From assembly GCA_965198005.1 (NCBI GenBank), contig CBDAOI010000002.1, positions 832,001 to 896,000 of the forward strand: a stretch of 64,000 bases of DNA, in the 5' to 3' direction. The notes beneath the pieces are model-generated. The model was not told the DNA's origin. It saw only the letters and a program-made list of their open reading frames with translations, and ran no database searches. Source of the stretch: Spirochaetia bacterium. GTDB lineage: Bacteria; Spirochaetota; Spirochaetia; SZUA-6; Bin103. This document shows positions 20,424-32,289 of the stretch, one piece after another (position 1 is the first letter of the stretch; the number at the start of each line of letters is the position of its first letter). The translations under genes and the position numbers were made by a program.

Positions 20424-22183
20424 CGCGTGGTAACCGCCTCGCCGGCTGCGAACCCCGGCCGGCCGCGCCAGCTTATGCTGAGCCGCTGCACCCGCAGGGT
20501 CTCGGTCAGGAAGTCGAAGATGAGCCGCGACACCACCAGCGCGCTGAACATCGACGAGACGATGCCCACCGACAGGGTCACGGCGAATCCCTGGATCGGG
20601 CCACTGCCGAGCTGCGACAGCGCGATGGCGGCGATGAAGGTGGTGATGTTGGCGTCCATCACGGTCCAGAACGCCTTGCCGAAGCCCGCCTTGACCGCCG
20701 CGCCGGCGGACTTGCCGAGCCGGTACTCCTCCTTGATCCGCTCGAAGATGATGACGTTGGCGTCTACCGCCATGCCCACCGTGAGGATCACGCCGGCGAT
20801 GCTCGGCAGGGTCAGCGTGAAGTTGAACACCGACAACACCGACACCAGGAAGAACAGGTTGAGCAACAGCACGAAGTTGGCGATCAGCCCCGCGAGCTGA
20901 TAGTAGGCGACCATGAACACCAGCACGGCCAGCATGCCGAGCGCGATCGCGTTGAGGCCGGTACGGATGGCGTCTTCGCCCAGGGAGGCGCCCACCGCCT
21001 GCTGACTGAGGATCTCCAGCGGCACCGGCAGCGCCCCGGTCTCCAGCACCAGGGCCAAGTCGCGCGCCTCGCTCTCGGTGAAGCCGGTCACCACCACCGC
21101 GTTGCGAATCGCCTCCGAGATGGTCGCCGCCGCCTTGACCTTGTCGTCCAGCACCACCGCCAGCACGTTGCCCACGTTCTCGCTGGTCAGCTTGAAGAAG
21201 ATCTCGCCGCCCTCGCCGGTGAGGTTGAACACCACCGTGGGTTGTTGGGTGATCGGATGGCGGCTGACCTGCGCCTGCTGGATGTAGGTGCCCTCGAGGC
21301 CCATCTGTTCGAAGATCACGGTGTAGCCGCGGAGCTGGTCCACGCCGTAGGCGTCCTTCTCGTAGCGCCCGCGCAGCACGGTCCCGGCCGCGAGCAACTC
21401 GGGATCACGCGGCTGGCCGTCCGCCCCCAGAAAGGTGCCCGGATTGGCCGCCTGGTACTCCCGGAACCGCGCCAGGCCGTCGGTGTCCACGATGTGAAAG
21501 TTGAGCCGGCCCTTGCCGAGAATGAAGCTGCGCATGCGCTCGGGGTCCGGCGCGCCGGGCATCTCCACCACAATCTGGTCGTTGCCGCGGCGCCGGATCT
21601 GCGGCTCGGTCACGCCGAACTGATCGATCCGGTTGTTCAACACTTCGAGTGCGCGGCGAATCGCCAGTTCCTCCTCCTGCGCGTTGAGCGGTATCCCGCT
21701 CTGTTCCTGCAAGGTCTCCAGGTCCGGCTCGATCACCACGTACATGCCACCGCGCAGATCGAGCCCGAGCTGGATGCTGCGCGACCGCAGATCCTTGAGC
21801 TCCAGCAACTCGGCGCGGTGGTGGTCCTCCATCGCCACGAACGTGTCGCCCTCGGTGGGAAACACCTTGGCAACCTGTTCCACGCTCCAGGCGCCCGGCA
21901 CCGTGCGCCGCTCCACCCGCAGCCGCTCGCGCGCCCGGACGTTCAGGTAGGCCAGCCGCTCCGGCACCGGGGCGGCGGCGGCGGTCCGCACCTGCCGCAC
22001 CAGATACTCCAGGTCGACGGCGGCGCGCTGCCGGGCCAACACCCGAATCTGGTCGCGCGACGCGTTCGCCTCATGCCGCTGATCCTCCGACAGGACGAAG
22101 TACCAGCGCACCGTGGGGTAGAGGAACCACACGGACACGCCGACGAAGGCGAGAATGATCAACAGGCGTAAGCGTTTGGTCAT
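20420..22183 (-). CDS. secD: Protein translocase subunit SecD
   Basis: LGLDLRGG, RIDQFGVTEP, GALP, GMAVDANVIIFERIKEE. Confidence 0.96.
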   Translation of the reverse strand: MTKRLRLLIILAFVGVSVWFLYPTVRWYFVLSEDQRHEANASRDQIRVLARQRAAVDLEYLVRQVRTAAAAPVPERLAYLNVRARERLRVERRTVPGAWSVEQVAKVFPTEGDTFVAMEDHHRAELLELKDLRSRSIQLGLDLRGGMYVVIEPDLETLQEQSGIPLNAQEEELAIRRALEVLNNRIDQFGVTEPQIRRRGNDQIVVEMPGAPDPERMRSFILGKGRLNFHIVDTDGLARFREYQAANPGTFLGADGQPRDPELLAAGTVLRGRYEKDAYGVDQLRGYTVIFEQMGLEGTYIQQAQVSRHPITQQPTVVFNLTGEGGEIFFKLTSENVGNVLAVVLDDKVKAAATISEAIRNAVVVTGFTESEARDLALVLETGALPVPLEILSQQAVGASLGEDAIRTGLNAIALGMLAVLVFMVAYYQLAGLIANFVLLLNLFFLVSVLSVFNFTLTLPSIAGVILTVGMAVDANVIIFERIKEEYRLGKSAGAAVKAGFGKAFWTVMDANITTFIAAIALSQLGSGPIQGFAVTLSVGIVSSMFSALVVSRLIFDFLTETLRVQRLSISWRGRPGFAAGEAVTTR

Positions 22184-22536
22184 GAGTGTGGCGCGGGCTT
22201 GGACTCGCCCGGACGCGGCCCCAGCATGCCGGTGATCGAAGCCTTGGCGAATTCGATCTTGGTGGTATCGTCCACCTTGACCGTGATCGCGTCCTCCTTG
22301 ACCGCCGTCACCACCCCCCGGATGCCGCCCGAGGTCTGCACCTTGTCTCCCTTCTTGAGACGGGAGAGCATCTCGCGCGTGTCCTTCTGGCGGCGGTTCT
22401 GGGGCCGGATCACCAGGAAGTAGAAGATCAGGATGATCAGGCCGAAGGTGACCATCATGGTCACGAGTTGGCCACCGCCATTCGCGCCGCCGCCGAGACC
22501 TCCGAAAGCGCCCTGCAGAAGAGAGAACGTATCCAT
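22180..22536 (-). CDS. yajC: Preprotein translocase subunit YajC
   Basis: FYFLVIRPQ..RQK...L.KGD.V.TSGGI.G; upstream of secD. Confidence 0.93.
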   Translation of the reverse strand: MDTFSLLQGAFGGLGGGANGGGQLVTMMVTFGLIILIFYFLVIRPQNRRQKDTREMLSRLKKGDKVQTSGGIRGVVTAVKEDAITVKVDDTTKIEFAKASITGMLGPRPGESKPAPHS

Positions 22537-22605
22537 CAGCGTGTGTCTACCACGGAGCGGCGGCACGGTCAAACGGATTGCTCACGGTTTTCGCACCTCC
22601 GCTCC

Positions 22606-22896
22606 CTAGGTCGCGATTACGCGCTTGATTTCGGCCGGCACCCCGAACACCCCAAACAGCTTGCTGACGTCGTTCAGCGAACAGGGGCGCCGGGTGACGC
22701 GTTCGATCTCAGCACGTACCAACTCCATCTCGGTGGCCGATTCGGCATGCGCGGCGGAGCAGAACGCGGCCTTGTACAGCCCCCGGTCGAGGAGCTGCTG
22801 CGTGGTCAGCTTGCCGTAGCGCCGGCGCTGCTGACCGTGTACCAGTGCCGTGTCGCCATCGTAGCCGATTACGAACAGAAAGTCCGCGCGCCTCAT
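22606..22896 (-). CDS. Hypothetical protein (96 aa)
   Basis: Protein-like composition (FLFVIGYDG...VSKLFGVFGV); fills the gap between groEL and yajC on the same strand. Confidence 0.65.
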   Translation of the reverse strand: MRRADFLFVIGYDGDTALVHGQQRRRYGKLTTQQLLDRGLYKAAFCSAAHAESATEMELVRAEIERVTRRPCSLNDVSKLFGVFGVPAEIKRVIAT

Positions 22897-22903
22897 CGCC
22901 GCC

Positions 22904-22933
22904 AAAAAAGAGGGCGCGCCCGCGCGCGCCCCG
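22904..22933 (-). terminator. Rho-independent terminator of groEL
   Basis: Minus strand GGGGCGCGC-gcgg-GCGCGCCCT followed by CTTTTTT. Confidence 0.8.
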
Positions 22934-22952
22934 CAAGGTTACGCCATTCCCT

Positions 22953-24617
<1,665 letters not shown>

Positions 24618-24661
24618 TTATGTAAAGATCGCCGGTAACATACCGCCGAGCGCGCCGCGAA

Positions 24662-25453
24662 TCAAATATTTTCGCTCTCGATCCGCCCCGATACGCAGGT
24701 GTGGAGCGCGCCGGCGGCGTCGCGCACCAGCAGGCCTCCATCGGCCGCGACGCGTTCGATCCGCACCGGCGCGGGCAGGCCGCGGCCGGCATCGATGATC
24801 CGCACCCAGCAGCCGCGCGCGTACAGACGCCGGTCCACCGCGGCCGCCCAGTGCGGGTCGCGCAGCAACCGGTCCAGCTCGGCCAGAATCCGCTCCAGCA
24901 CCTGCACGCGCGGCACCCGGCGGCCGCACTGCAGCCGCACCGACGACGCCGGCAGCGCGCCGCCGGGCAGTCCCCGCAGCTGATTGCAGGTCACGCCCAC
25001 CCCGACGCTGCACCAGCCGGCCAGCGCCTCGCACAGGCAGCCGGCCACCTTGCTGCCGCGCACGATCACGTCGTTGGGCCACTTCACCCGGCACGCCACG
25101 CCGCTCACCGCCTCCACGGCACGCGCCACCGCCAGCCCGCACAGCAGCGGCAGCCGGGCCGGCGTGCCCGCGCCGCCGCCGGCGTCCGGACCGCTCACCG
25201 GCGCGCTCACCGCCGACCGTGCGAGCAGCAGATTGAACAGCAGGTTGCGGCCCGGCGCGCTCACCCAGTGCCGGCGCGGGGTGCGGCCGCGGCCGCGGGT
25301 CTGGTAGTTGGTCACGATCAAGGCGCCGTGCACCGGGGCCTGACGGATCAGCGCGCGCGCATCCTCCATGGTCGACCCGGTGCGCGGCAGGTAGTACTGC
25401 GGCGCCGCCGGCCAGGGCGAAGCCACCGCCGGCTGCAACCGCCGCCACCGCAT
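24662..25453 (-). CDS. birA: Biotin--protein ligase (no HTH domain)
   Basis: GST, QTRGRGR, KWPNDV, KVAG.L.E. Confidence 0.88.
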   Translation of the reverse strand: MRWRRLQPAVASPWPAAPQYYLPRTGSTMEDARALIRQAPVHGALIVTNYQTRGRGRTPRRHWVSAPGRNLLFNLLLARSAVSAPVSGPDAGGGAGTPARLPLLCGLAVARAVEAVSGVACRVKWPNDVIVRGSKVAGCLCEALAGWCSVGVGVTCNQLRGLPGGALPASSVRLQCGRRVPRVQVLERILAELDRLLRDPHWAAAVDRRLYARGCWVRIIDAGRGLPAPVRIERVAADGGLLVRDAAGALHTCVSGRIESENI

Positions 25454-25465
25454 GGCCGGCGCCCG

Positions 25466-26839
25466 CTACATCGAGACGAACAGCTCCTGCGGCATGCGCA
25501 GCAGCTCCAGGAAGTAGGACGCGAACTCCGCCGCCGGCACCCCGTCCACCACCCGGTGATCGAACGCGAGCGACACCGGCAGCACCCAGGCCGGCCGCAC
25601 CGAGCCGTTCACCACCATCGGCGCCTGATGAATCCGGCCCGCGCCGATGATCGCCACCTGCGGCGGCTGGATCATCGGCGACGCGTACAGGCCGCCGAAC
25701 GGCCCGAAGTTGGTCAGGCTGAAGGTGCCGCCGCGCAGGTCCTCGATCCGGATCGCACGGCTCTTGGCGCGGTCCACCATCGTCTTCATCGCCTGGTCGA
25801 TCTGGCGGATGGTCTGGTTCTCGACGTTGTGGATGACCGGGACCATCAACCCCGCCTCGGTGTTCACCGCGACGCCGATGTTGATGTCCTTGAACACGGT
25901 CAGCTCCTCCGAGACCGGGTTGAAGTGGGCATTGAGCACCGGATACCCGCGCAGCGCGGTCGCCAGCGCCTTCATGAAGAACGGCTGAAAGCTCACGCGC
26001 ACCTCCCGCCGGGCGTTCACCTTGTTCCGCACCTCGACCAGATCGTCGACGATGCCGAGGTCGAAGATGGTGGCGGTCGGGATCTTGTGGCTGGTCTCCA
26101 TCGTGTGGGCGATGGTCTTGCGCAGGATGGTCAGCTCGACCGTCTGCCCGAGCGGCAGATGGGCGGGGGTGACCAGCGGATCGTCGATCAGCGGAAAGGC
26201 GAAGTCGGAGCCGCCGACGACCGGGACCAGCGGCGCCGCGGCGGGCCGCGGTCCGGCGGGGGCGGCGTCCGTCTCGGGGAGGCCGGCCGCCGCCTGCTCG
26301 ATGTCCTTGCGCACGATGCGGCCGCCGGCGCCGCTGGGGCGCACGCGCGCGAGATCCACGTTCAGCTCGCGCGCCAGACGACGGGCGGCGGGCGTGACCA
26401 GCGGCGCGGCGGCCTGCCCGGTGCCGGCCGCGGCGCTCTCCTCGCCCGCGCCGGCGGCGCCGGTCTCGGCGCTCGGCGGCAGCGTGCTCGCGGCGGCGTC
26501 CAGCGTGCCCACCAGCGCCTGGTGCTGCCGCTTGCCGTTCGGAGGCGCACCGTCACCGCCGGCCAGACTGGCGCCGCCGGCGGCGCCAGTGCCGTCACCG
26601 TCGCCCAGGTCGATGTAGGCCAGGGTCTCACCGACGCGGATGCGGGTGCCGGCGGCGGCGCCGAACCTCAACAGCACGCCGCTCTTGGGCGATTGGATCT
26701 CGGCCACCACCTTGTCGGTCTCCACGATGGCGAGGATGTCTCCGGCCACCACCGGATCGCCGGGATCGACCCTGAACTCCAGGATCTTGCCTTCGGTCAG
26801 CCCCTCGCCGATGTCCGGGAACTTGAACTCGTAACTCAT
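25466..26839 (-). CDS. pdhC: 2-oxoacid dehydrogenase E2 acyltransferase
   Basis: One lipoyl domain (ETDK), E3-binding TPAARRLARE, catalytic DHRVVDG; substrate specificity not certain. Confidence 0.85.
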   Translation of the reverse strand: MSYEFKFPDIGEGLTEGKILEFRVDPGDPVVAGDILAIVETDKVVAEIQSPKSGVLLRFGAAAGTRIRVGETLAYIDLGDGDGTGAAGGASLAGGDGAPPNGKRQHQALVGTLDAAASTLPPSAETGAAGAGEESAAAGTGQAAAPLVTPAARRLARELNVDLARVRPSGAGGRIVRKDIEQAAAGLPETDAAPAGPRPAAAPLVPVVGGSDFAFPLIDDPLVTPAHLPLGQTVELTILRKTIAHTMETSHKIPTATIFDLGIVDDLVEVRNKVNARREVRVSFQPFFMKALATALRGYPVLNAHFNPVSEELTVFKDINIGVAVNTEAGLMVPVIHNVENQTIRQIDQAMKTMVDRAKSRAIRIEDLRGGTFSLTNFGPFGGLYASPMIQPPQVAIIGAGRIHQAPMVVNGSVRPAWVLPVSLAFDHRVVDGVPAAEFASYFLELLRMPQELFVSM

Positions 26840-26867
26840 GATCTCTCGGCTCGCTTAACGGCCCTCG

Positions 26868-27863
26868 CTAAAAGGACACAGTCTCCAGCACCGCGTCCAC
26901 GATGTGCTCGGCCGGAATGAAATAGTAGTGTTCCGCGGCCGGCATCGGAATCACCGCGTCGGTCCCGGTGACGCGGCGCGGCGGGGCGTCCAGGTGCATG
27001 AACAGCTCCTCGGTGACCAGCGCGATCAGCTCGGCGGCCACCCCGAACGACCGCGGCCCCTCGTGCACCACCACCAGCCGCCCGGTCTTGCGCACCGAGT
27101 CCAGTACCGCGGTGGCGTCGTACGGGTAGATGGTGCGCAGGTCGAGCAGCTCCGCCGCGATTCCCTCGGCGCGCAGGTGGGCGGTGGCGGCGCGCGCCTC
27201 GCGCATCATCGCGCCGTAGGCTACCAGGGTAACCGCGTCGCCGGTCTGTTCCACGCGCGCCTTGCCCAGCGGCAGCTCGTAGGGTTCGGCCGGCACCTCC
27301 TGCTGCGGCGAGTGGTAGGAGCGCTTGGGCTCCATGAAGATGACCGGATCGGGGTCCCGGATGGCGGCCAGCAGCAGCCCCTTGGCGTCGTGCGGAGTGG
27401 ACGGAATCACCACCTTGAGGCCGGGTACGTGGCCGAAGGTCGCCTCCATGCTCTCCACGTGATGCTCGAGCGCCTTGAGCACGCCGCCGTACGGCATCCG
27501 GATCACCAGCGGCAGGGTCAGCATGCCGCGGGTGCGGTTGCGCATGCGCGCGACGTGGCACACGATCTGGTTGAACGCCGGCCAGACGAAGCCGCTGAAC
27601 TGGATCTCGACCACGGGCCGCAACCCGGCCATCGCCATCCCGATCGCGGCGCCGACGATGCCGCTCTCCGCCAGCGGCGTATCGAAGCAGCGCCGCTGGC
27701 CGAACCGTTGCTGCAGCCCCGCGGTGACCTGGAACACGCCGCCGTTCACCCCCACGTCCTCGCCGTAGACGAGCACGCGGTCGTCCTCCTCGAGCGCTTG
27801 CGCGAGCGCGGCATTGATGGCACTGATGGAATTGATGGAAGAAAGCAGCGATACCGCGCTCAT
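26868..27863 (-). CDS. pdhB: 2-oxoacid dehydrogenase E1 beta subunit
   Basis: GEDVG..GGVF, DTPLAESGI, EIQF, DPVIFMEPK. Confidence 0.88.
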   Translation of the reverse strand: MSAVSLLSSINSISAINAALAQALEEDDRVLVYGEDVGVNGGVFQVTAGLQQRFGQRRCFDTPLAESGIVGAAIGMAMAGLRPVVEIQFSGFVWPAFNQIVCHVARMRNRTRGMLTLPLVIRMPYGGVLKALEHHVESMEATFGHVPGLKVVIPSTPHDAKGLLLAAIRDPDPVIFMEPKRSYHSPQQEVPAEPYELPLGKARVEQTGDAVTLVAYGAMMREARAATAHLRAEGIAAELLDLRTIYPYDATAVLDSVRKTGRLVVVHEGPRSFGVAAELIALVTEELFMHLDAPPRRVTGTDAVIPMPAAEHYYFIPAEHIVDAVLETVSF

Positions 27864-28933
27864 TTTCCGGTCCGCTCCAGCACCCGGCGGCGCGCGGCGA
27901 GCTGCCGCTGAAACGGCTCCGGCAGGTGTGCGTAGACGTGGCGGAAGGTGTCTTCGAGGGTCGGCCGGGCGAGCCGTTCCACCGCGTCGAATTCGCTACG
28001 GGCCGCGCTGCGCGCGGCGGCGATGATCTCGGCGAAGGCGGCCTCGTCCATCAGCCCCCGCTCGAGCAGCAGCTTCTGCAGGCGGATGATCGGGTCCCGG
28101 CGCTGCCACTCCTCCACCTCGCCCGGCGGGCGGTAGCGCTTCGGATCGTCGGAGGTGGTGTGCGGACCGATGCGGTAGGTGACCCCCTCGATCAGGGTGG
28201 GGCCGCCGCCGGCGCGCGCGCGGGCGGCGGCGGCGGCGGTGGCGGCGAACACCGCGGTCACGTCGTTGCCGTCCACCCGGACCCCCTCGAAGCCGTAGGC
28301 GGCCGCCTTCTCCGCGAACGTGGGCGTGGCGGTCTGGTCGTTGCTGGGGACGGACAACGCGTACTGGTTGTTCTGCACGAAGAAGATGGTGCCGGTGTTC
28401 CACACCGCGGCCAGGTTCAACGACTCGTGGAAGTCTCCCTCGGAGGTGCCGCCGTCGCCGACGAACACGATGGCGATCCGGTCGCGGCCCTGGTAGCGCT
28501 CGGCGAACGCCAGCCCGACCGCGTGCGGCAGGTGCGAGCCGATGGGGAGGGAAATCGGCGTCACGTGATACTGCTCCGGGTCGAGCGCGCACCCCTGCTC
28601 GTTGCCCAGCCAGTAGAGGTAGAACTGCTGCAGCGGCACGCCGCGCACCAGCAGCCCGCCCAGCTCGCGGTAGGTCTGCAGCATCCAGTCGTCGGCACGC
28701 AACGCCATCATCGCGCCCACGCTGTTCGCCTCCTGGCCGGTGGCGGGCGGGTAGGTTCCCAGCCGTCCCTGGCGGTTGAGGCTGAACGCCCACTCGTCGG
28801 CGGCGCGCGCCTGCACCATGTAGCGGTACGCGGCGGTAAGCTGCTGGTCACTCATCGGGAATGCCGCCGCGGCCGCCGGTCCCCGGTGGGCGGCTGCCGG
28901 TCCCGGCGCCGCGGACGTGGTCGGCCCGCTCAC
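27860..28933 (-). CDS. pdhA: 2-oxoacid dehydrogenase E1 alpha subunit
   Basis: RQGR, GQEA, YRE, GDGGTSEGDFHE...NNQYA, YR..HTTSDDP. Confidence 0.88.
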   Translation of the reverse strand: MSGPTTSAAPGPAAAHRGPAAAAAFPMSDQQLTAAYRYMVQARAADEWAFSLNRQGRLGTYPPATGQEANSVGAMMALRADDWMLQTYRELGGLLVRGVPLQQFYLYWLGNEQGCALDPEQYHVTPISLPIGSHLPHAVGLAFAERYQGRDRIAIVFVGDGGTSEGDFHESLNLAAVWNTGTIFFVQNNQYALSVPSNDQTATPTFAEKAAAYGFEGVRVDGNDVTAVFAATAAAAARARAGGGPTLIEGVTYRIGPHTTSDDPKRYRPPGEVEEWQRRDPIIRLQKLLLERGLMDEAAFAEIIAAARSAARSEFDAVERLARPTLEDTFRHVYAHLPEPFQRQLAARRRVLERTGK

Positions 28934-29517
28934 CGGCGCTCCTTCCGGAGCTGCGGCCCGTGCTCCTCCGGAGCGGAAGCCGCGGCCGGTGCGACCGCCG
29001 CTGCGGGAGAGGGCGCCACGCGCGAGCCGACCAGACGCCGGCTGAGCACGAATCCGTTCTGCACGATGCGGATCAACTCCACCGCCGCCTCCACCACGCG
29101 CTTGAGACTGGCGTTGATCCGCTGCTCTTCGCGCGCGTCGATGGTGTCGTTGTCATCCAGCGCCTCGGTGATGGCCAGGTTGAGATGCGCCACCGCCCCG
29201 ATCAGCAGCGACATCTGGCGTGACAGGTGCTTGTAGGAGAACACCGCCTTGGTCTCCGCCACGCGCGCGATCGATTCCATGTGACCGAGAATGTTGCGCA
29301 GCACGTGCACCTGGCGCGGGTTCGGATTCATCTCCAGTTCCAGCCGCCAGTTCTCGAGGCGGATCATCGCTTTCTCCAGCAGCTCCTGCAGATCGGCGTT
29401 GGAGGGAAGCCGCGCCTCCTGCGGATACGGGCGGGCCGCGACAGTGCCGGTGTCGGACACGGGCACGGCGGCTGAGGCGGCTGGTTTCGGGCCGGCAGTG
29501 TGGCGGCGGGTGGACAT
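28930..29517 (-). CDS. Hypothetical all-helical protein heading the dehydrogenase operon
   Basis: Stop overlaps the E1 alpha GTG start; helical core with ITEALDDNDTIDAREEQRI. Confidence 0.7.
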   Translation of the reverse strand: MSTRRHTAGPKPAASAAVPVSDTGTVAARPYPQEARLPSNADLQELLEKAMIRLENWRLELEMNPNPRQVHVLRNILGHMESIARVAETKAVFSYKHLSRQMSLLIGAVAHLNLAITEALDDNDTIDAREEQRINASLKRVVEAAVELIRIVQNGFVLSRRLVGSRVAPSPAAAVAPAAASAPEEHGPQLRKERR

Positions 29518-29555
29518 GCTGATTCGGCGGCGTCCGCTAACGGTTGGGCGGACGC

Positions 29556-29584
29556 TTTACAAAGCCTATGTGATTTGCTAGCGT
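29556..29584 (+). promoter_or_regulatory. Sigma70-type promoter of tRNA-Cys
   Basis: TTTACA-17 bp-TAGCGT, with TG extension, 12 bp upstream of the tRNA. Confidence 0.55.
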
Positions 29585-29596
29585 CGCTGCAACCGT

Positions 29597-29668
29597 GGCG
29601 CCGTACCCAAGTGGTAAGGGAGAGGTCTGCAAAACCTTTATACACCGGTTCGATTCCGGTCGGCGCCT
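29597..29668 (+). tRNA. tRNA-Cys(GCA), CCA not encoded
   Basis: GGCGCCG/CGGCGCC acceptor stem with U discriminator, anticodon GCA at 29629-29631, GGTTCGATTCC T arm. Confidence 0.97.
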
Positions 29669-29695
29669 GACCGCCGGCGGCGGAGCCCTTCGCGG

Positions 29696-30496
29696 TCACG
29701 CGCCGAGCGCAAAGTAGGCACCGAGGAAGCGGCTCACCCCCTCCTCGTCGTTGCTGAACAGGGTCACCGCCCGCGCGCAGGCGCTTACTGCCGGCGGGGC
29801 GTGGCGCATCGCCACCGGGAAGCCCACCGCCCGCAGCAGCGGGATGTCGTTCATCCAGTCGCCGATGAACATCGTCTCGCTGAGCGACGACCGCAGCCCT
29901 GCCAGCAACACCCGCATGCCGCTGAGCTTGGTGCAGGCGGCACTGCGCACGAACAGGCTGTAGCTGCCGTGGAACAGCTCGTCGGTAACGTAGAGGCTGA
30001 GCGTGCGGTCGCCAATGCGCGCGGCCAGCCGTTTGAGCGCACCGCGGTCGCGGCAGGGGAACACCACGTGTGTCACCCGGGTCAGCCGCGTCTGCGCGGC
30101 GAGGGGCAACACCCGGTCCGACCAGTCCCGGAACTGCGGCTCGCCCATGGCGCCGCGCCGGAAGATGACGCCGCCGGCGATCACGTAGCAGGGCAGGCTG
30201 CTGGCGGCGATGATCGCCGACGCCAGCCGGTCGTCGATCACCCCGCCGGGCACCCACTGTTCGGCCCCACGCGTCTGCGTCAGCACGGCGCCGTCGAGGC
30301 AGACCATCGGCAGCTCGAGCGGCTCCAGGCAACGCGTGGTGAGGCCGGGTGCCTTGCCGGTCACGGCAACGACGTGCAGGTCCAGCGCCAGCAAGGCGCG
30401 CAGCGCGGCCAGCGTCGGTGCGCTCACCCGCTTGGCGCTGGTCAACAGGGTGCCGTCCATATCCAGCGCCACCGTGGAGATTCCGCGCCGTGCCAT
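29696..30496 (-). CDS. Cof-like HAD hydrolase
   Basis: DMDGTLL, TGK, K..G, IGDWMND. Confidence 0.88.
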   Translation of the reverse strand: MARRGISTVALDMDGTLLTSAKRVSAPTLAALRALLALDLHVVAVTGKAPGLTTRCLEPLELPMVCLDGAVLTQTRGAEQWVPGGVIDDRLASAIIAASSLPCYVIAGGVIFRRGAMGEPQFRDWSDRVLPLAAQTRLTRVTHVVFPCRDRGALKRLAARIGDRTLSLYVTDELFHGSYSLFVRSAACTKLSGMRVLLAGLRSSLSETMFIGDWMNDIPLLRAVGFPVAMRHAPPAVSACARAVTLFSNDEEGVSRFLGAYFALGA

Positions 30497-30595
30497 AGGC
30501 GCCGGATCGTGCCACGGCGGCGCCGCCACTGTCGAGCGCGCCGCGGCAGCCGCCGCCGCCGGCGCGCGTCAGACGTTGCAGACGCCTCGGACGCC

Positions 30596-32239
30596 TCAGT
30601 AGACGCCGAGAATCGTCAGCCCACCCCAGCGCACGCGGTAGGAGCTCAGACCGCCCGCCGCCTCTTCATGCAGCAGTTGCAGCGTCCCCAGCTCCGGCCG
30701 GCGCAGGGTGCGGGCCGCCGGGTCGATCTGGTCGGTGGCGGTGAGCCCCTTCGACAGGACCAGGTGGCGATTGCCCAGGTTGCCGAAGTAGTAGTCTTCC
30801 GGTTCGACCTTGGCCTCCGGAGTCACCAGCGCCGCACCGGCGCCCAGGGCAGGGTCGACCGGCACCCATCCGAACTGGTGCAGGTAGAACTCGGTCCAGA
30901 AATGGGGGTGAGGCTGGTGCGGCGACTGAATCAGGTAGCCGGCCACGGGGCGCGCCGGAACCCCGGCGGCGCGCAGCAGGGCCGTGTACAGGATGGCGAA
31001 GTCGTAGGCATCGCCGCCGCCGGACCGCAGCACCTCGAGCGGATCGGCGGCGCGGGTGGGGCGGTAGGCGACGTGGGTGCGCAGGTAGTCGTACAGCATC
31101 CGGGCGCGGTTCCACGGGTTGTCGTCGCCGCCCGCCACCCGCGCCGCCACGGCCGTGACGTCGGCATCGTCCGCCGGTACCAGGGGGTCGGGGGCGGAGA
31201 ACGTCAGGTAGCTCCGGGCGTGCGCGTCGTACGGCACGACGCGCCGCGGCGACACCACGGTCTCGACCGCGTAGCGCTCGAAGATGAAGTGTTGCGTAAC
31301 GTCGTACACGCCGCCGGTCACCAGGTCGCGCAGGTGGAACACGGTGACCCCGGATACGTCGTCGTACAGCGGCTCCGGTTCCCGCACCACCACCTGTACG
31401 TCACGCTGCGCCGGCGCCGGCCAGATGCGCGGGACCCAGAGGTACAGCTCATTGGGGCGGGTGGCACTGACGTCCGATACCGACAGGTCGACCGCCACCG
31501 AATAGGTGCGTCTGCTGTGAAACCGCTTGGTGCCGACCGCGCCGCTCACCTCGAAGAACACCTCGTTGCTGCGGCCCTTGTCGGTCTCCACCAGCAGGTT
31601 GCCGGTGGCGGCGCCGTCGGGTACGCGCACGTGCACCTCGGTGTCGGACCAGGCTTCGTAGTCCAGGTCGTGCTCGCTGGCGGCGATGAAACGGCCGCCG
31701 GCCGCCTCCGCCTCGGAGGCCCCGCCGGTGCGCCAGGTAAACAGCACCTGGGAGTCACCGCGTTGCAGACCGAAATTGGTGCCGGTCAGCACCACCAGTT
31801 CGCCAACCGCGGCGCGCGGCCGATCCAGCGCCGCGACGTACGGCTGGCCGGGGCTGGCGGGACCGGAAATAACCACCGGCAGGAAGTCGCGGTTGGCGAA
31901 CAGCAAGCCGTTGCTGCGGGCGCCGCCGGCGACCACGTACACGTAGCCGGAGCGCACCTCCTCGGGCACACGCACGCTGATGCGGTGGTCCAGCCACTCG
32001 AGATAGGCGCCGCTGGTCGGAGACACCCCCGCGATACGCACCTCGCCGCCGGCGCGGCCCCCACCGAAGTTGCTGCCGGTAATGGTGAGCACCTCTCCCG
32101 AGCTCGCTATCCTGGGCGTAATCTGTTCAATTTCGGGCGGCCGACTACGCGACTCCAGCACCAGCACCGCGAGCAGCACGATCAGACTGGCGATGGGCAC
32201 CAGGGCCCGTGCGTGTGGCGACAGCGTAACGATGCGCAT
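30596..32239 (-). CDS. Membrane-anchored protein with two IPT/TIG domains and a transglutaminase-like domain
   Basis: N-terminal TM; GE...ITG.NFG and W.D..I.VRVP occur twice; ALLRAAGVPAR.V.GY, H.W.EFY, W.PVDP. Confidence 0.82.
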   Translation of the reverse strand: MRIVTLSPHARALVPIASLIVLLAVLVLESRSRPPEIEQITPRIASSGEVLTITGSNFGGGRAGGEVRIAGVSPTSGAYLEWLDHRISVRVPEEVRSGYVYVVAGGARSNGLLFANRDFLPVVISGPASPGQPYVAALDRPRAAVGELVVLTGTNFGLQRGDSQVLFTWRTGGASEAEAAGGRFIAASEHDLDYEAWSDTEVHVRVPDGAATGNLLVETDKGRSNEVFFEVSGAVGTKRFHSRRTYSVAVDLSVSDVSATRPNELYLWVPRIWPAPAQRDVQVVVREPEPLYDDVSGVTVFHLRDLVTGGVYDVTQHFIFERYAVETVVSPRRVVPYDAHARSYLTFSAPDPLVPADDADVTAVAARVAGGDDNPWNRARMLYDYLRTHVAYRPTRAADPLEVLRSGGGDAYDFAILYTALLRAAGVPARPVAGYLIQSPHQPHPHFWTEFYLHQFGWVPVDPALGAGAALVTPEAKVEPEDYYFGNLGNRHLVLSKGLTATDQIDPAARTLRRPELGTLQLLHEEAAGGLSSYRVRWGGLTILGVY

Positions 32240-32289
32240 GCGCCGCGCGCTCTGTTAGTGCCGCAGGCTCATCGCGCGCGGTGGGGGCA

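Noticed and set aside
29597-29700. tRNA-Cys as an island attachment site
   Set aside because: No integrase and no duplicated tRNA 3' end noticed; flanks are ordinary backbone genes
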